A DNA stretch of 56,091 nucleotides, the filler included, from Bipalium vagum (taxonomy: Eukaryota), in assembly GCA_037834085.1 (NCBI GenBank). It is 3 parts of 3 records of this genome, joined end to end, with 100 filler letters (N's around TTAATTAATTAA, not from the genome) between each part and the next. Parts side by side here need not be neighbours in the genome. Positions count along the whole stretch, not along the records: positions 1 to 16,139 come from JBBMKC010125291.1; 2 more parts are not named here. The stretch is one strand, 5' to 3'. The stretch's first letter is position 1; each line of letters begins with the position of its first letter. The notes below the pieces were generated by a model, which saw only the letters and a program-made list of their open reading frames with translations, ran no database searches and was not told where the DNA came from. Shown here in pieces: positions 1 through 13,799 of the stretch. The position numbers and the translations under genes are program-made.

Positions 1-21
1 ACAAAAAGTTTATCAATAAAT

Positions 22-660
22 TCACGAATTGGGTGCTGATTGTGTTTTTGGAGTCTTGTTTGATCGTAGTCTCCACAGATTCATTAACTCATATATTACT
101 GTAGTTGCACTTTCTGCCATGGTTTGTGGTTCTAGCTGTTTTTCCTCGATTTGCTTTATAGCCTTTAATATCAATATTCCTATATCAAGTATTAGCCTTA
201 TTTTCTTTGGCTCTAATTCTTTTTGATATTTCGCCGTTACTTTTTCTAACACTTTTTCGTAATTTTGTTCCTCATCTTCCAACAATTTATTTACTTTAGG
301 TTTAAAATTTTTTGTATAATTTCAAAAAACCTTAAAATTAAAATCTTCCTGTTCCTTAAAAGGTAATTCTGGTTTTATCCATTTCATTAATCTTTGTACT
401 TTTCTTTTAATATCTTTTTCTTCATTCCATCATTTTTCTTTCATTTCTATTCCGACCTATCTAACGGTTTTTAAAGCTTTTACTAATTGTTTTTCTCTTT
501 CTACATGTTTTTCTGACGCTTGTTCAAACCCATTTTCTAATATGTTTTTTTCTTGATTGAGTGGTTTTCCATAATAGGAAATATTTACATTTTCATAATG
601 CTGACTACTTATTTTCTGTATTAATTCAGTTACCGTCATCAAAGGATTTACTGCTAAATT
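22..660 (-). pseudogene. Degraded K/E-rich coding remnant, possibly a retroelement gag/ORF1
   Basis: Two ORF fragments (457-642 and 22-285) with protein-like sequence between them, broken by stops. No diagnostic motif. Confidence 0.25.
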
Positions 661-1164
661 ATAATTTTTCTTTTGGGATTACCCAATTAATTTTTTTATT
701 TATATTATTTTATTTTATTTTTAATTATAGTAACTTTATGTTACTATTTTCTAAATTATATTATATAATTTTATTTACTTTTATTTATTATATTAAGGTT
801 TTGAAATTTTTATATAAAAAATTATTTATGGTAACCTTATGTTAATAAACATTTTTTTCTAAATATTTAACAAATTATTCATTATTTTTTAATTAATTAT
901 AATTTTTATAATAATTTTTATATTTTATATATTATTTTATTATTTTTTAATATAATTTTATATTTTATTTTGTATTTTAAACAGATAAAAATGAAAATTA
1001 ATTAAACTCCGGGTTTTAACTCTCACATAAAAATAAAAATTTGTATAAATAATAACAAAACAAAAATATATAAAAAGAACACAAAAGCACAAGAAGGTTT
1101 TTTAGAATATTGTTGAGTTTGAAGGATAATAATAATAATCGTTGAATATTAATAAATTTTAACT

Positions 1165-1180
1165 AATAATAGTAGTAGTA

Positions 1181-1220
<40 letters not shown>
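1165..1220. repeat. (AGT)n(AAT)n microsatellite
   Basis: Directly visible. Confidence 0.9.
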
Positions 1221-1223
<3 letters not shown>

Positions 1224-1317
1224 TAAGAATAATGAGAAGTTTTAAATAATAATTTTTTTTATTAAAAATACTAATAAAATTTTTCTAAAAAAAGGAAAAT
1301 TTTTTGTAATTTTTTTA

Positions 1318-2417
1318 TGTGCGAAATCCCGCCGTGGGGATTTTTCATGGGATTGGGCTAATGGATTTCCTGACAGGCGTGGAGATAGTGAATGGCTATT
1401 AGGGAAAATAGCCGTCTCTGATCGTAGGGATTGGTGATCGTGGACCTATCTCTACGACTATAAAAGGGGATTCCCGTTGATGGCCAGAAGTAAAGCCAGA
1501 AAAAGCAAATGTCAAAAGGAAACCGAAAAAAACCAGAAAAAGCAGAAGTCTAAAAGTCAAAGACGAAACCCCGAAGTAATCAGTGATGATGCAGCCGGAT
1601 TTATTCTCAATTATGCAGCTGGATTTTTACAAGGGGACTCAGCGAGCTCGGGATCACCTAGGAGACCTAAGAAGGGCATAGAGGATGACCCGGGGACCCC
1701 TTGTCGCTCTTGGTGAGACCGATTTGTTCATTTTTGTTTTCATTTTTCAATTTTATTATTAATTTATTATTATTATTAATTCGATTTCAGCATTAACGTA
1801 ACCCTTGAACGTGATTTTATTTTACCCTTAATAACGTTTTTTTGTGATTTGAATCGATTTAACAATTGTAATTGTTGTATTAGTACAAATAAAGTTTTAT
1901 TTTAAATATTTCGAATTGGTTCTTAAGTGTGCGGATACAGTATTGTGGAGGGTGTTTTAAATTCAAAAAAGGCTGAGAGGAATTACGAACACAACGAGTT
2001 ATAAAAAGTGAAGAGTTACGAGCAGACGAGCACACATTACTACGTTTTAGTATAATAGTAACAATATTCAATATATTATTATTTTGTTATTTTGTCAACG
2101 AATTTGGGACCGGGCCTGGGAGTCTCCACACTATTATTTTGGCGTGACTATTATTTGACATTTTGATTAATAATTTAATTAATTATTATTATTTATTGGG
2201 GTGATTTACAGAGTGAATTTTTGTTGTCATACATAACTGTGATTGTGTTTAACAATAAAGTTTTATCTTGGGTGTTTTGATTCAGTAAATAAGGAGTTTG
2301 ATAATAAATATTATTGAGAGGAGTTTGATTCGAGTTGAGTGTAACCGAATAACAAACAAAACATTATAAAAGTGAGGAGTTATGGGTAAGTTACTGTGTC
2401 AAAGTATAATAATAACA
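1318..2417 (+). mobile_element. LTR-like repeat with duplicated or nested 3' part
   Basis: Begins TGT, TATAAAAG at 1459, AATAAAGTTTTAT at 1888 and 2254, and two similar 3' ends (TATAATAGTAACA at 2063, TATAATAATAACA at 2417). Homologous to 38416-39055. Confidence 0.6.
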
Positions 2418-3099
2418 TATGGTTATGAAAAAAACTAGAGTTAATATGGTTTACTAATTACGTTTAATCTTATATTAATATAGGTTACTCAAATTTAGTA
2501 GCAATTAATCTGGAGAAAAGTGATATGTAAACCTGTATTTTTTAATTCAATCTTAGATTTACCTGAATGTATTAGGATCAATTTCTCTCTTCTGTAATTT
2601 ACATTTGAAAATGAATTTTTATGAGCGCTCTATTTCCTTAATAAAGAATATCACTTGTTTCTTTAACCATGTGTACTGATCCAATAAACATATCAAGGGA
2701 GTCTAACAGTAATGAGTTCTTTCAATACCACACTATTGTACTAGCAATAGTTTACTGTAATTTATGTTCGGTTTTCAGCCTTAAGTGTGCTGATATCTAC
2801 CATTGTTCGCAGTTTGAAAAAAATATTAAATTTATGTAACACAAATTGTGATTATTTAACAATATATCGGTGTTTTATCACAGTATTTTTTGTGGAGAAA
2901 TCACAATTATTAAAATCTTTGTGAATGCTAAATCTCAATAATAAATGCTGACTTTAAAAATATAATGTCAAGTAGATAAAAAATTCAATTATTTACTTTT
3001 ATTCTCTCTTAATATCGATTATAACAAATTAAAATTCAATCAACATATTTTTATCTGTAATACTGCAAGAGTTGGTTCAACATGTTCTGAAATCATATA

Positions 3100-4400
3100 C
3101 AGTCGAACCCCAGTGTTTTATATCACGTCGGATAATATCCTGACCCGTTTAATATCATGGTCTACTGAAAACCAATTGCCAATCGGTATGTAAATTTAAT
3201 GTATTAAACTATTTTATATCACTTCGGTTAATGTCAAAATACGGGATAATATCACGAAAATTGGCTACAATTTATGTACTAAAACCTGATTATATCACCT
3301 TTCTTGTTTTTGGAATAATTTTTAATTAATGACATCATAAAAGTTTATTATTTTTTGTTAATTTATTTATATATTTAATAATTTATGATTTTAGTCTTAA
3401 AATGACTGAGAAAAGAAAACGTTCAGACATAACATATGAAAAAATTAAAAATTATTGCGTCCTGTAACAATTCGATAAAAATATTTTTCCAGAAGTTGCA
3501 AAGAAATTTAATTTTGATCCAGCAACAGTAAGGTATTTAAAATTAAGGACAATTTAGTAAATCTAAAAACAAAAGCTTTTTTCGTGGTATAAAGGAATTT
3601 CCTATTTCTTACCATAATAATGGTAATGCATAGATGACTTCTGAAAGTTTCCTTCGTCAGTGGGATGCGAAACTTGCTCTAAGTAAGCTGAAAATTGTTC
3701 TAATTATGGATAATTGCTATGTTCATACCAAACTTATACTACGTTACATTGAGTTAGTATTTTTACCACCAAAATCACTGCATTGATTCAGTCATGTGAT
3801 CAAGGAATAATAGATAACTTAAAGTGTAATTATTGGCGTCTAATCCTCATTAAGCTGTGGGTAATTGTCGATTCGATAGAAAAATTTTACTGCAATTAAA
3901 TTGTGTCGTAAAATCTATTTATTATCTTCTCTTTGTATACTAAAAGAATCGTGAGAAATAATTAGCAGTAATACTATTCAAAACTGCTTCCAAAAAGCCG
4001 AATTCTGTCGTGAAAATGACAAGATATTACCAGATGATGCAAGTATATTTAACACAAATGAATTGTACTTTAATTTTGAAAATTATGTTAATATTGGTCG
4101 AGCCATTTTGTGAATGGAACCATTAGGCGATACAGATATTGTAGCAGCTATTCTGGAAAAGAAGGATAAGACTGTTAAAAATGTGTCTGATGACAACGAT
4201 TCAAAATCAGAAACTTCTACAGCAAATAGGTTTAGAATCTTTAGAAAATATAGTTATATATATAAAAAAATAGATCAGTATCATGATCATCCAATATTAA
4301 GTTAGCAATTGGGAATCATTATTTCCGAATAAAATATCTCAAGAAAATTACTTGAAAAAGAAATTAATCAACCAAATAATAATAATAAAATACATTTCAA
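3100..4400 (+). mobile_element. pogo/Tigger transposon remnant
   Basis: TA|CAGTCGAACCC terminus. Transposase fragments MTEKRKRSDITYEK, KIVLIMDNCYVH, IELVFLPP, LIQSCDQGII (DDE_1). The right end is not defined. Confidence 0.8.
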
Positions 4401-4688
4401 AGTAATATAACCAATCGATGAAAGAATAAAATGTTGATAGTGACATTTTATCACTGATTTTTTGTGTATTTATATTTATTATTATTAATATTATTAACCT
4501 AAAACTTCATCATACAAATATGTACTAAAATAATATAAATGGCTCTTTTCTCGTGGAAGTGACAGAATATATATTGGATAATAAAATGAATATCAAAAGA
4601 CTGAATTCAGAAGAGTTTGACCAAATAAAAGAATTTTCATTGATACAAACAAAGAAATAAATTCAACAGAAGACGAGTTTTGAGCTAT

Positions 4689-7600
4689 TTAAGTTGATTT
4701 GGAATTAGCAGCATTTTTATCTGTAGAATTCGTGTCATTGAAATATCTGAGCAAAACCTTCGCATACCCATGTAGGTCCTGTTCGCTTGCGACACCGGTA
4801 GATGGAGGCGAGTTCTGAAGAAGAAAATGATAGTGGCAATGGTCATTTCGATCATGAAGTTTCTTACTAATGCAAAGATACGTTCTCTACAAGACGGATT
4901 AGCGACCAGTTCACTCATATTGTGAGCCACTTAAAAAATTGACGATTAACATTCAAGTAAACAACGTGAATTTGTTAACACAACACAATTTTATAGAACG
5001 AAAATGTCTCAGCAATTATTATATTCATTCTGTGAGTGAGCGCGTCTAAATGTTAACTTTTTTCTGTGAAGGTATCAAAATATCTCAATCATTTCTCTGC
5101 ACTATTCAATATCGTGTGATGATTGGCCATTAGTCATTGGTATCATAAACTTTAAATCAAAATCTTTAATAAACATCATTTATTATTCACGGGTTGAAAT
5201 TTTCTATCTTGTAACTACAACAACAAAAATAATTAATTAAATTAAAAATAAATTAATATTTTTATTAAATTTAAAGTTTAAAGAATTTTTCAAGTTTTGA
5301 GAAAATAAAATTTGTAAAGAATTGTTTAAAGTTAAAGAAATTTTAATTGGCAAAAATGATCCATACATTTTTGTTATATTAACGATGTTTATTAATTATG
5401 TACGTTTTTTAAAATACAAAAACACTAATGTGAAGAAATAAGTATATGTACACTAGTCAAAGTATTTCCAATCGTTTTCTATTATTTTTTTCACCTGACT
5501 GATAGTTGTTTGAATCCTTAACGGAAAAAAATCGATTTGTGAATTGATCTATTGATTGAGTCATTTACCTATTTCTTTATATATTTTGAAGTGCCACTAG
5601 AAAAGCCCGTGTCATCGACAAAATCAAATGATAATCATAAAAAACCCAAACAAGATCTTAAAAATCGTCCTTCACAATCTTTGTAATATGTTATAATGAT
5701 GGAAGAAAACTTTTCCGGGTTTTTGCATATTCTGCATTGTTTCTATCAATTGTTGTTTGTAAAGTTCAACAATGACAATTTGCATCTCTTAACAACTCGT
5801 GACATTTTACAATCTTTTGGTCCCAACAAAATACAGACCAATACTTTCTTGACGAGAATATTTCACTTTGGTGTCGAGTTTGACGATTTTCTTTGCTTAA
5901 TCTTCCTCTTTTCGACTCCAATCAAAATGAAGTGCAACATATTTTTGCTTTTTATACATGACAATGTTGTTTATATGACAACAATTTTTCTTCAATATAA
6001 ATTTTTCCCATGGATGCCAAACACACACGTGTTTGATACGTATCTTCATCGATTAGCACCTTTAATTCATCGTTCTTGATTTTATGGCTGACTTGAACTA
6101 GGTTTAGGTTTGTCAAGGACAATGAAATTAGCCATCTTGATACGTTCTCTACATGATGTTATCGCTCGGAGCAATTTCACCATAAGCTTCAGGTACTAGT
6201 ATTTCAAACGGAAGCAGAAATTAGCACTTTTTGGAAATGTTTTTGCGGTTAAAATTTTGACATTTTTAATTGAGTTAAACAAAATCTTTTTTAAAAATCC
6301 TAATGTTTATTTAGCAAAATATTATTAAAATATTTTCAAACTAAAAAATAAAATTTAATAGAATTTAAAACGGAACAAATTAGTTAATACACTACTAAAA
6401 TAAGTATTAGAAGATGAAGAAATATCGTGCCAATCTGTAAGATAACTAAAGCTAAACATGAACACGACAGTGTTACCATTTTTTTTTGAAATTCATGAAA
6501 ATAACATTAACAAAAGAAATATATTAGACATTTCAATTATCTCATCAATTAATTTCGATAATTTTCAGTTCTTTGAAAATCAATAAAGACTATCATTCTC
6601 AGTTGACTTGATTTCTTTCTTCGTTGAATATCACTAGTAAATCCCTAAAATATGTTTTGTTCTTATCTGGAAGACTAATTTTAAATTATCTTTCAAGTTT
6701 TATAGATTTTTGTCTCTTGTCACAACTTCCATTTCAGCTTTGTAAAGAAGATAAAATCCTTCATTTCCCATTCTTCCGTAGCCCTTTCTTTATGGTTCTG
6801 TAAAATTAGATCAAATAAAAGTTCATCATTTTTCGACTAATCTCAAAACACCGAACATCATTTCAGTAAACACAATTAGAGTTAGTAGTTATTTTACATT
6901 ATCCTTTTTTCGAAATCTAGACTACATGATGATAAATATAATCATATGTGCATCACACTTCTTAACAACGTTAATACTTTAATTAAAGCTCACTGATCTT
7001 TTAGGTATTTCTTAAAATAATCCTTAACGAGCTTTATAATACTTTCATACCGCTTCTTGAAACTATTATAAAATTGAATCGATACCAGAGGTACATATTT
7101 CGATTAATATAAATTTGGTCTCTAAATTTTATGATATTAAAATATTTAAATAATACAAGAACATTTCATTTGGAAAAAAAAGTCAATGATAATAATAAAT
7201 AATAAAAATCAATTGTAATAATAATAAATTTACGTTAATTTTAAAAAATTAGCATTATTTTGATATAATTTCAAATTGATTACATAACAAAAACAATATA
7301 AATTGTAAATATAAAATTGAAATGAAAAATAAAAATATTTTAAATTTTTTCTGTAAAATAAATTCTATTAGTTAACTAAAATAAAAGAATACAACAAAGC
7401 TGGATAAAGCAAACCTAATAATAAATCACAACCATCCAAAAGATCTGCTTCAACGAGTTCTCGGACAAGTAACTCCACGGAGTCTGTTGATACAATTTAC
7501 CAATTGATAATTGCTTATTCAAAAAAAGGAACAATACCTTTTCCGATGACATATTCAAAACTGATATCTTCCAATTCATTGTTTTTTTTTGGATTTCGTT

Positions 7601-10600
7601 TTCTTAAAGTTATTCGATATGATATTTGTTCTCTGATTTCTAATGTCTGAGGCTACGTGAATCAATTATATTTAAGTACAAAGTTAAAAAAAACCTCTTC
7701 AAACACTGAAGAATTTTCGTTAGTTTTAGTTTCATTGTCTTTCAAATGATCACCTAAAGGCTGTAAATCGAAGTTCCATTCTCCACTGAAACTCTACAAA
7801 CAATCAACTAACAAAATAAAAAGATTAATAATCTCGACTTTATTGGATGACTTTTCTGGATAAAAATCCTCATCTGATTTCGGTTCAAAGGGTACCGTAT
7901 CTTCACTTAATAAGACTTTGCATAGAGATTCACGATCCTTAATGCATATTCAAATTTAAATCATTTTGAGATAAAATAGTTCGGGAATATGACGCATAAA
8001 TTTGACATCCACATCTTTAAAAAATTTTTCCTTTTTTATTAAAACAAAAATTTCAGTTGAAACATGTCAAGCACAAAATAATTTTTTCATGGTAAATATA
8101 AAAATTTATGAAAAGAAAATTTAGATGAATTTTCTTAACTTGCTTTCTTTCTACGTTCAAAGGAATAGACAAATAATTTTAATGTAATTTTATTTATCAA
8201 ATGACTGAATTGATTATTATCAAGGGAAAATTTCGAAGTTTTAGTATTAAACGCAGGAAAATAAAGTTTTAATATAGCAGGTGGTTTTAAAAGTAAAGTC
8301 GGTTTTTTGAATAATATTTTAGTTAAATATTGATAGACATAAGCTTTGAATTAATAAGTTTTATAATTAGAAATACAACTAAAATTCTTAGTAAATTTTT
8401 TATCACTCTAAGCTCATTATTTATTATTAAAAGTAAATTTGAATTGACCATGACTTTTGAGCAAATTAGGATATGTATTATTTTATGAGTTCAAGCTGAG
8501 CCATTCCGAAGCAGCCATAAGCATTATGTGACCATGGAGTGAATACTATACTAAATACTTATGGTTCAGGTTTGGTATGTATGTTTTCGTTCCGGAGATT
8601 TTAGAATTGAAGATAAAAATCGTGAGGACGTCCATCAGCTATTGGCGATGAAGTTTTAAAAAAACAGATTGAATCTGAACATTCCCAAACTCTCAATGTT
8701 CAACCTAAGACTATTGCAAAACATCAACATATTGGCAAAGTTTGGAAGCATGAGTAGTGTATTACATAAAAATTGAGTGACAAGAACAAATCTCAGCGTC
8801 TGATTATCTACCCTTCTTTGGTACTATGCAACAAAAATGAAAATTTTTTAAGCAGAATTATCACCATTGATGATAACCATTGGATGAATCTCCAGGAAAA
8901 AAATCGTAAGTGGCAAAATAACACATTCATTCCAAGAAGACAATGGTAACTATCTGTTGGTCCATGTTAAGTTCAATCTAATACTTTGAGTTTCTCAAAC
9001 AATGCAAAAGCAGTACACAAGATGTCTACGGAAAACTGGTTGATAAAGTTAAAAAAAACTAAAATTCAGCACCCATCACTGGTCAACGAAAAATTCCCAT
9101 TCTCCTCTAGATAATGCAAGATCTCTCACATCAAAATTAAATGTACAAAAATTGAAAGACTTCGGCAAGGAAAATCTTTCTAATCCTCCGTATTTACCCG
9201 ACATCTTATCTTCACAACAGATTTTCATTATTCAGGTCATTGTCAAACTTCTTTTTTGGAAAGTCTTTTAAAAACCAAGACAAGGGAAAAATGACTTTTG
9301 CACTTCTTTAATTCAAAATATGAAGAATTGAAAATCTGGTGGAACGTTCATTGAAGATTACAGAAGCAGGCGGTGAATAAATTTAATTGTGAGTTAAATA
9401 TGAATTTTGTGTCCTAAAACCGAAATTACTTGTTAAACAACCTGATACTTAAAATAACATATTGTCATCACTTGATTAATAAACGAGAAATAGTAAAAGG
9501 AAAATGTTAAAAAGTGTTTTAGATTAACAAAAATAATAGATTATGATAATTTAGATTAACAATTAAAATATTAAAATAAAATAATGAAAAAAATCAATAT
9601 TTTTAATAAATTTGTTTTCGACTATTGTGTAAGACTACCAAAATATTAGTATTAATTTTAACCAATCGATATTAATATAAAATTGAATTTTCCGAAAAAT
9701 TTTCATACAATTATCTTCGTGACTACTTAACTATTTAGTAATATTTTGAGTCAATAATCTTTGATATTTCCAAAGTATAATTAAGAAGTAGAGAATATTA
9801 AAATCTTAAGACGATTTTCTCAAATATATTTATTAATTTATTTCAATATGACAGTTTTAATTTATTTTACTCTATACCATTTACGGGTCAAATTTAAAAT
9901 TATTAAATAGTTTTCATTATTTTAAATTTGTATTTTATTATTTCAATTTTGAATTTCATAACTTGAAAATTCTTTTTAATAGCTTCAAAATGGACCTGTA
10001 AATGGTGTAGATTCCTCCAAAAAACTGATTCATTGCAAAAAGAAATTAACCTAATTTTGAACACAATTTTAACTGACAGTGTTAAATAATATCACTTCTA
10101 TTAAAAATATATATATTAAGAAGAACCAGACTCACATAAATATAAAATTATTTACAAATAACACAAATCATTAAATAATATCCAAAAAATCCCAGTTTAC
10201 ATTAAAATGTTTTAAACTTTGAATTGACTATTTTTACTATAGTTCTTTTAATTTATAAATAAAAACAAGGTTCTGAAAAAATAATCATCGAATTTCTTTG
10301 TCATTTTTGTTAATAATTCTATTATCGTCAAATTATGTCGTATGAAATTAAAAAGATGTCCGTTTAAAAGATAACAGAAATTAATATGAAAAAAGATTTT
10401 TTGAATATTTAATTATCCCAGAATCCATGGATTAAGAATAAAAAAAACAAAATACATTTACTTTATAAATTCAAGTAAATAATAGACGATTTGAAATATA
10501 ATTTTTTATTTATACTAGCATTATCATACTAAAGTCAAATAACTTATATACCACCATGGATTTTCAGTTGAATTTTGTAAGAGGATTCGAAATCCAGACA

Positions 10601-13600
10601 AAAGCTTTATAAGGAATTCATGACTCAATAATACAATGAAATTTATTTATAAAAGCTCTTGGCTAAAAGTACAACAATTATCTTCGTTTTAATTTTTCAA
10701 AATATACTCTTATAAATGTTAATAAAAAAATAATTTAATAATACATAATTCCTAATCAATCAAGTGATCAATGTCATATCTAAAATGTATCAAATAAAAT
10801 AATGTAATAAACCAATAATGTACTTAAAAATTGTAACAAATAGCAATATGACAAAAATTTATATAATAAACTAATAAAGAACAATGTTTTAAAAAATCAA
10901 TCAAATTCATGAAAATCAATTTTTCTTTATATTTGTTTATGCATAAAAACTGATGTCTATTAACTTTTAGTTTACAAAGAAAATATCTATTGTAATAGTC
11001 ATCTCAAAGTATTATAAATATATTACAACATAAAACAAAAATAATTAAGAGGAAATAATTAAACAAATATTTTAAAAATAAGTTCTAAAATGAGAAATAT
11101 ATATATATAAACTTCGTTTTAGGACACACATCAAACAGGAACTTACGTTAACCATGTTCTTACTGAGACAGAGAGTTAACTTTCATAATTAAATTTATTT
11201 TCCATTTATAATTATTAATAATTTTTTGACTAATTTAAATCGAAAATGCAAAAGATATTACTTGATTAATTTTTTAACAGTTAATTGGATAATTAAAATT
11301 TATAATTTGAATAATTGATCAAACTAGTTTACTGATCACAAATAAGAGTTGATAAATCAGAAGAAATCATGAAGTAAAATGTTATTATAAATAATAAAAC
11401 TGTGTTTTTTCGACACAGTAAAATAGGTATATGTTATATTTATAATTGTGAAATGGAAAATATTAACTTCAGATCTTTAAATATTTATGGTTTAACTTTA
11501 GAAAAACCTTTGAATTTAAAAATAGACTGTCTAAAAAGTAATGAGAAGGGAACTGTCACACTGAAGCATTGCGAGTGAAATCATTTGTCAGGACAACGAT
11601 TAAATAAATAGCCGACATATATTTTGTTTAAATGTTTCAATATTAGCGTACTTAGCGATGACTTTTAAAGTTGTGTTTTAAGAGCTTGTCACACCAAAAA
11701 TGGATAAAAATATGAAGCAGTGTTACGCAATACAAATTTTGCGCCTACCTGAAAAAATGCTTCAGATACCTTATTATACCTGTCTGTAAAGTAACGAGAC
11801 TGGATCAAAAATTAAAATTTATTTATTCCATTATTTTTATAATTTATCTCCTTCAAAATATTCTCCTTTGGCAGACACAGATCAAAGAATTCGCATTTTC
11901 TATTGGTCGAAGGCGTGTTGAAGTTCATTTTCTCACAATTTTTTTAAAAACTTTTCTTTTAACAGCTTATAGACTCAACTTTCCACAGTGTCTTTATCAA
12001 TGTAAGTCATCTCAGAAATCATTCGGACACTCAGTCGACGTTCTGCTCGAACAATCTGGCAGATCTTTTCGGTGGTTCTTGATGTTGCCGGTCTCCTAGA
12101 TCGTTTGTCTTCTTTCACCTCCTGACGACCTTCAGTGAATCTTTTGTGCACTCGAACACTCTGTCGAGGGAGATGCAGTGATCATCTGCTAACACTTCGG
12201 TGGTGTTTTGTTTAGTTTCACCAAGAATTTCAAGATAACACGTTGTTCAATTTTAGAACTCAGCATTCTAAAATAAATTAATATATTTTTAAAAAATAAC
12301 AAATATTTTTGGGAATTTATTTCAAATAAACCAAATACAATATCTTACCGGTTTTTGTAAAAAAAATATAATCTTTTTTGATTCAGTCTCCTTATTTTAT
12401 AGACAGACCATGTATTTCAAAATATATTGGTACTAACTAAGAGTAGTGCCAACACCAATTTCTATTTCCAGAACTAAGCCTCCATTTATTAGGCTGATTA
12501 ATTTTTCAAAGAGATGCAGTTGTCAATATTAATTATGGATGAATTCAATTAGTATTTTATATATACATTTTTTGAAACTATAAATTTTTATTTTTTATTA
12601 AAATTAAGAAACCATCTTTTTTTATGAAATTGAGACGATCACGATAAAAATAGATAAATTAAGCTAATGCTGTTGCACAATAATAGTTTTATGCTAAATA
12701 TTAACCAACCATAGAAAAATAGCTTTATAGATATGATCGAAAAATTTTCTAAAACAATTCAAAAATCAGAAAAATTTTGATTAATTTCGGCAAAAATTCT
12801 TAAAATATTTTATATTATAAACAATTTAAAAATTGAATTTTTATCACTGTAAATTGATGTCAATGATAATCATTTATATTGATAATATAAGTTTTAATGA
12901 CTATGATAACCAATCACAAATGAGTAATAAATCAACGAGATTTTTTGCAGAAAATAGTATAAATTTATCTCTAACAAATCATATTAATATTCCTGAAATT
13001 CTAGTGATTTAATGGATTTAATATTTCGGGCTCAGGAAGATGAAATATCGATAAAATAATTGTAAAATTTCAATATAATGTGAAAATCTATTATATAATC
13101 AAAAAATCAATGCTATAATAATTATTATTTTAATAAAAATTTTCGATCAATAATTAATAAAATAATATAAGCAAATAGAAATCATAAAAATAAACCTTGG
13201 CTTTCGATTTAATAAATGTCGACTGCAAAAGTTCTTTAGCTGATGGCCTTAGAGAAGGATCTTTGTTTAGACACGACTTTGTAAATTTACGATACTTCTG
13301 TCCATAATTAGAATATTGATTACAAGTACTAGCAGCAGTGTCAATGTCGGGTGATTCGTTTTGCAATGTTAACATCAATACCTTAAAAGTAAGTATTCAG
13401 TAATCAATCTAACTATACATGTCTTCACACTAGAAAATTAATCATGTTTCGTGAAGCAATTTTACTTTCATTGGAGCATATTTGGCATATGGAGCCTGGC
13501 CAGCAGCCAACTCGATTGTCGTTATTCCTAATGACCAAATATCTGCTTTTTGATTATGACCCTTTACCTTCAGACCACAAATTTTATCAATACAAAATTT

Positions 13601-13799
13601 TATTTATTAACGATTTTATACTTGCTGCATAACTTCTGGAGCCATCCAACATGGTGTACCAACAAAAGTAAATCGTTTATTATCCAAGCTCGCCCCTGTG
13701 GCTTGCATCGGTTGAGCTGCTAAAAATGCAGCAACTCCGAAATCGGCAATTTGTATAATTCCATCATCTTTGACAAGTAGATTTCCGCATTTTAAATCT
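4689..13799 (-). CDS. OXSR1: OSR1/SPAK (Fray-like) STE20-family Ser/Thr kinase, 3' portion only. Exons: 13799-13622, 13567-13466, 13381-13196, 7937-7839, 7793-7695, 7652-7538, 7483-7415, 4929-4868, 4814-4689 (stop TAA 4691-4689)
   Basis: All introns are GT-AG with consistent phase and give ~344 aa. Kinase motifs: [74 protein letters not shown] motif resembles the OSR1 GGWEW motif. The C-terminal CCT/PF2-like domain reads ITLRKRN...[41 protein letters not shown]...LHGYAKV. OXSR1 versus STK39 cannot be resolved (invertebrate co-ortholog). Confidence 0.92.
5480..6250 (-). mobile_element. mariner remnant in a kinase intron
   Basis: Minus-strand fragments [13 protein letters not shown] and KPKPS-type HTH linker, plus decayed HDN- and YFE-like pieces. 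Confidence 0.55.
8277..9445 (+). mobile_element. Full-length but heavily decayed mariner
   Basis: Imperfect TIRs (GCAGGTGGTTTTAAAAGTAAAGTCGGTTTT versus AAAACCGAAATTACTTGTTAAACAACCTGA) flanked by TA. Fragments IRICIILYEFKL-like, [31 protein letters not shown]. Confidence 0.82.
11779..12412 (-). mobile_element. Internally deleted mariner (irritans-like)
   Basis: TIR pair CTGTCT(G/A)TAAA..AA(C/G)GAGACTG(G/A)ATCAAAA. Minus-strand [39 protein letters not shown] and GEYFEGD. Confidence 0.8.

Noticed and set aside
6139-6153. 15-bp match GATACGTTCTCTACA to the kinase exon at ~4877, suggesting a duplicated alternative exon
   Set aside because: The surrounding sequence is a mariner remnant with no matching splice sites or extended similarity. 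Probably chance.
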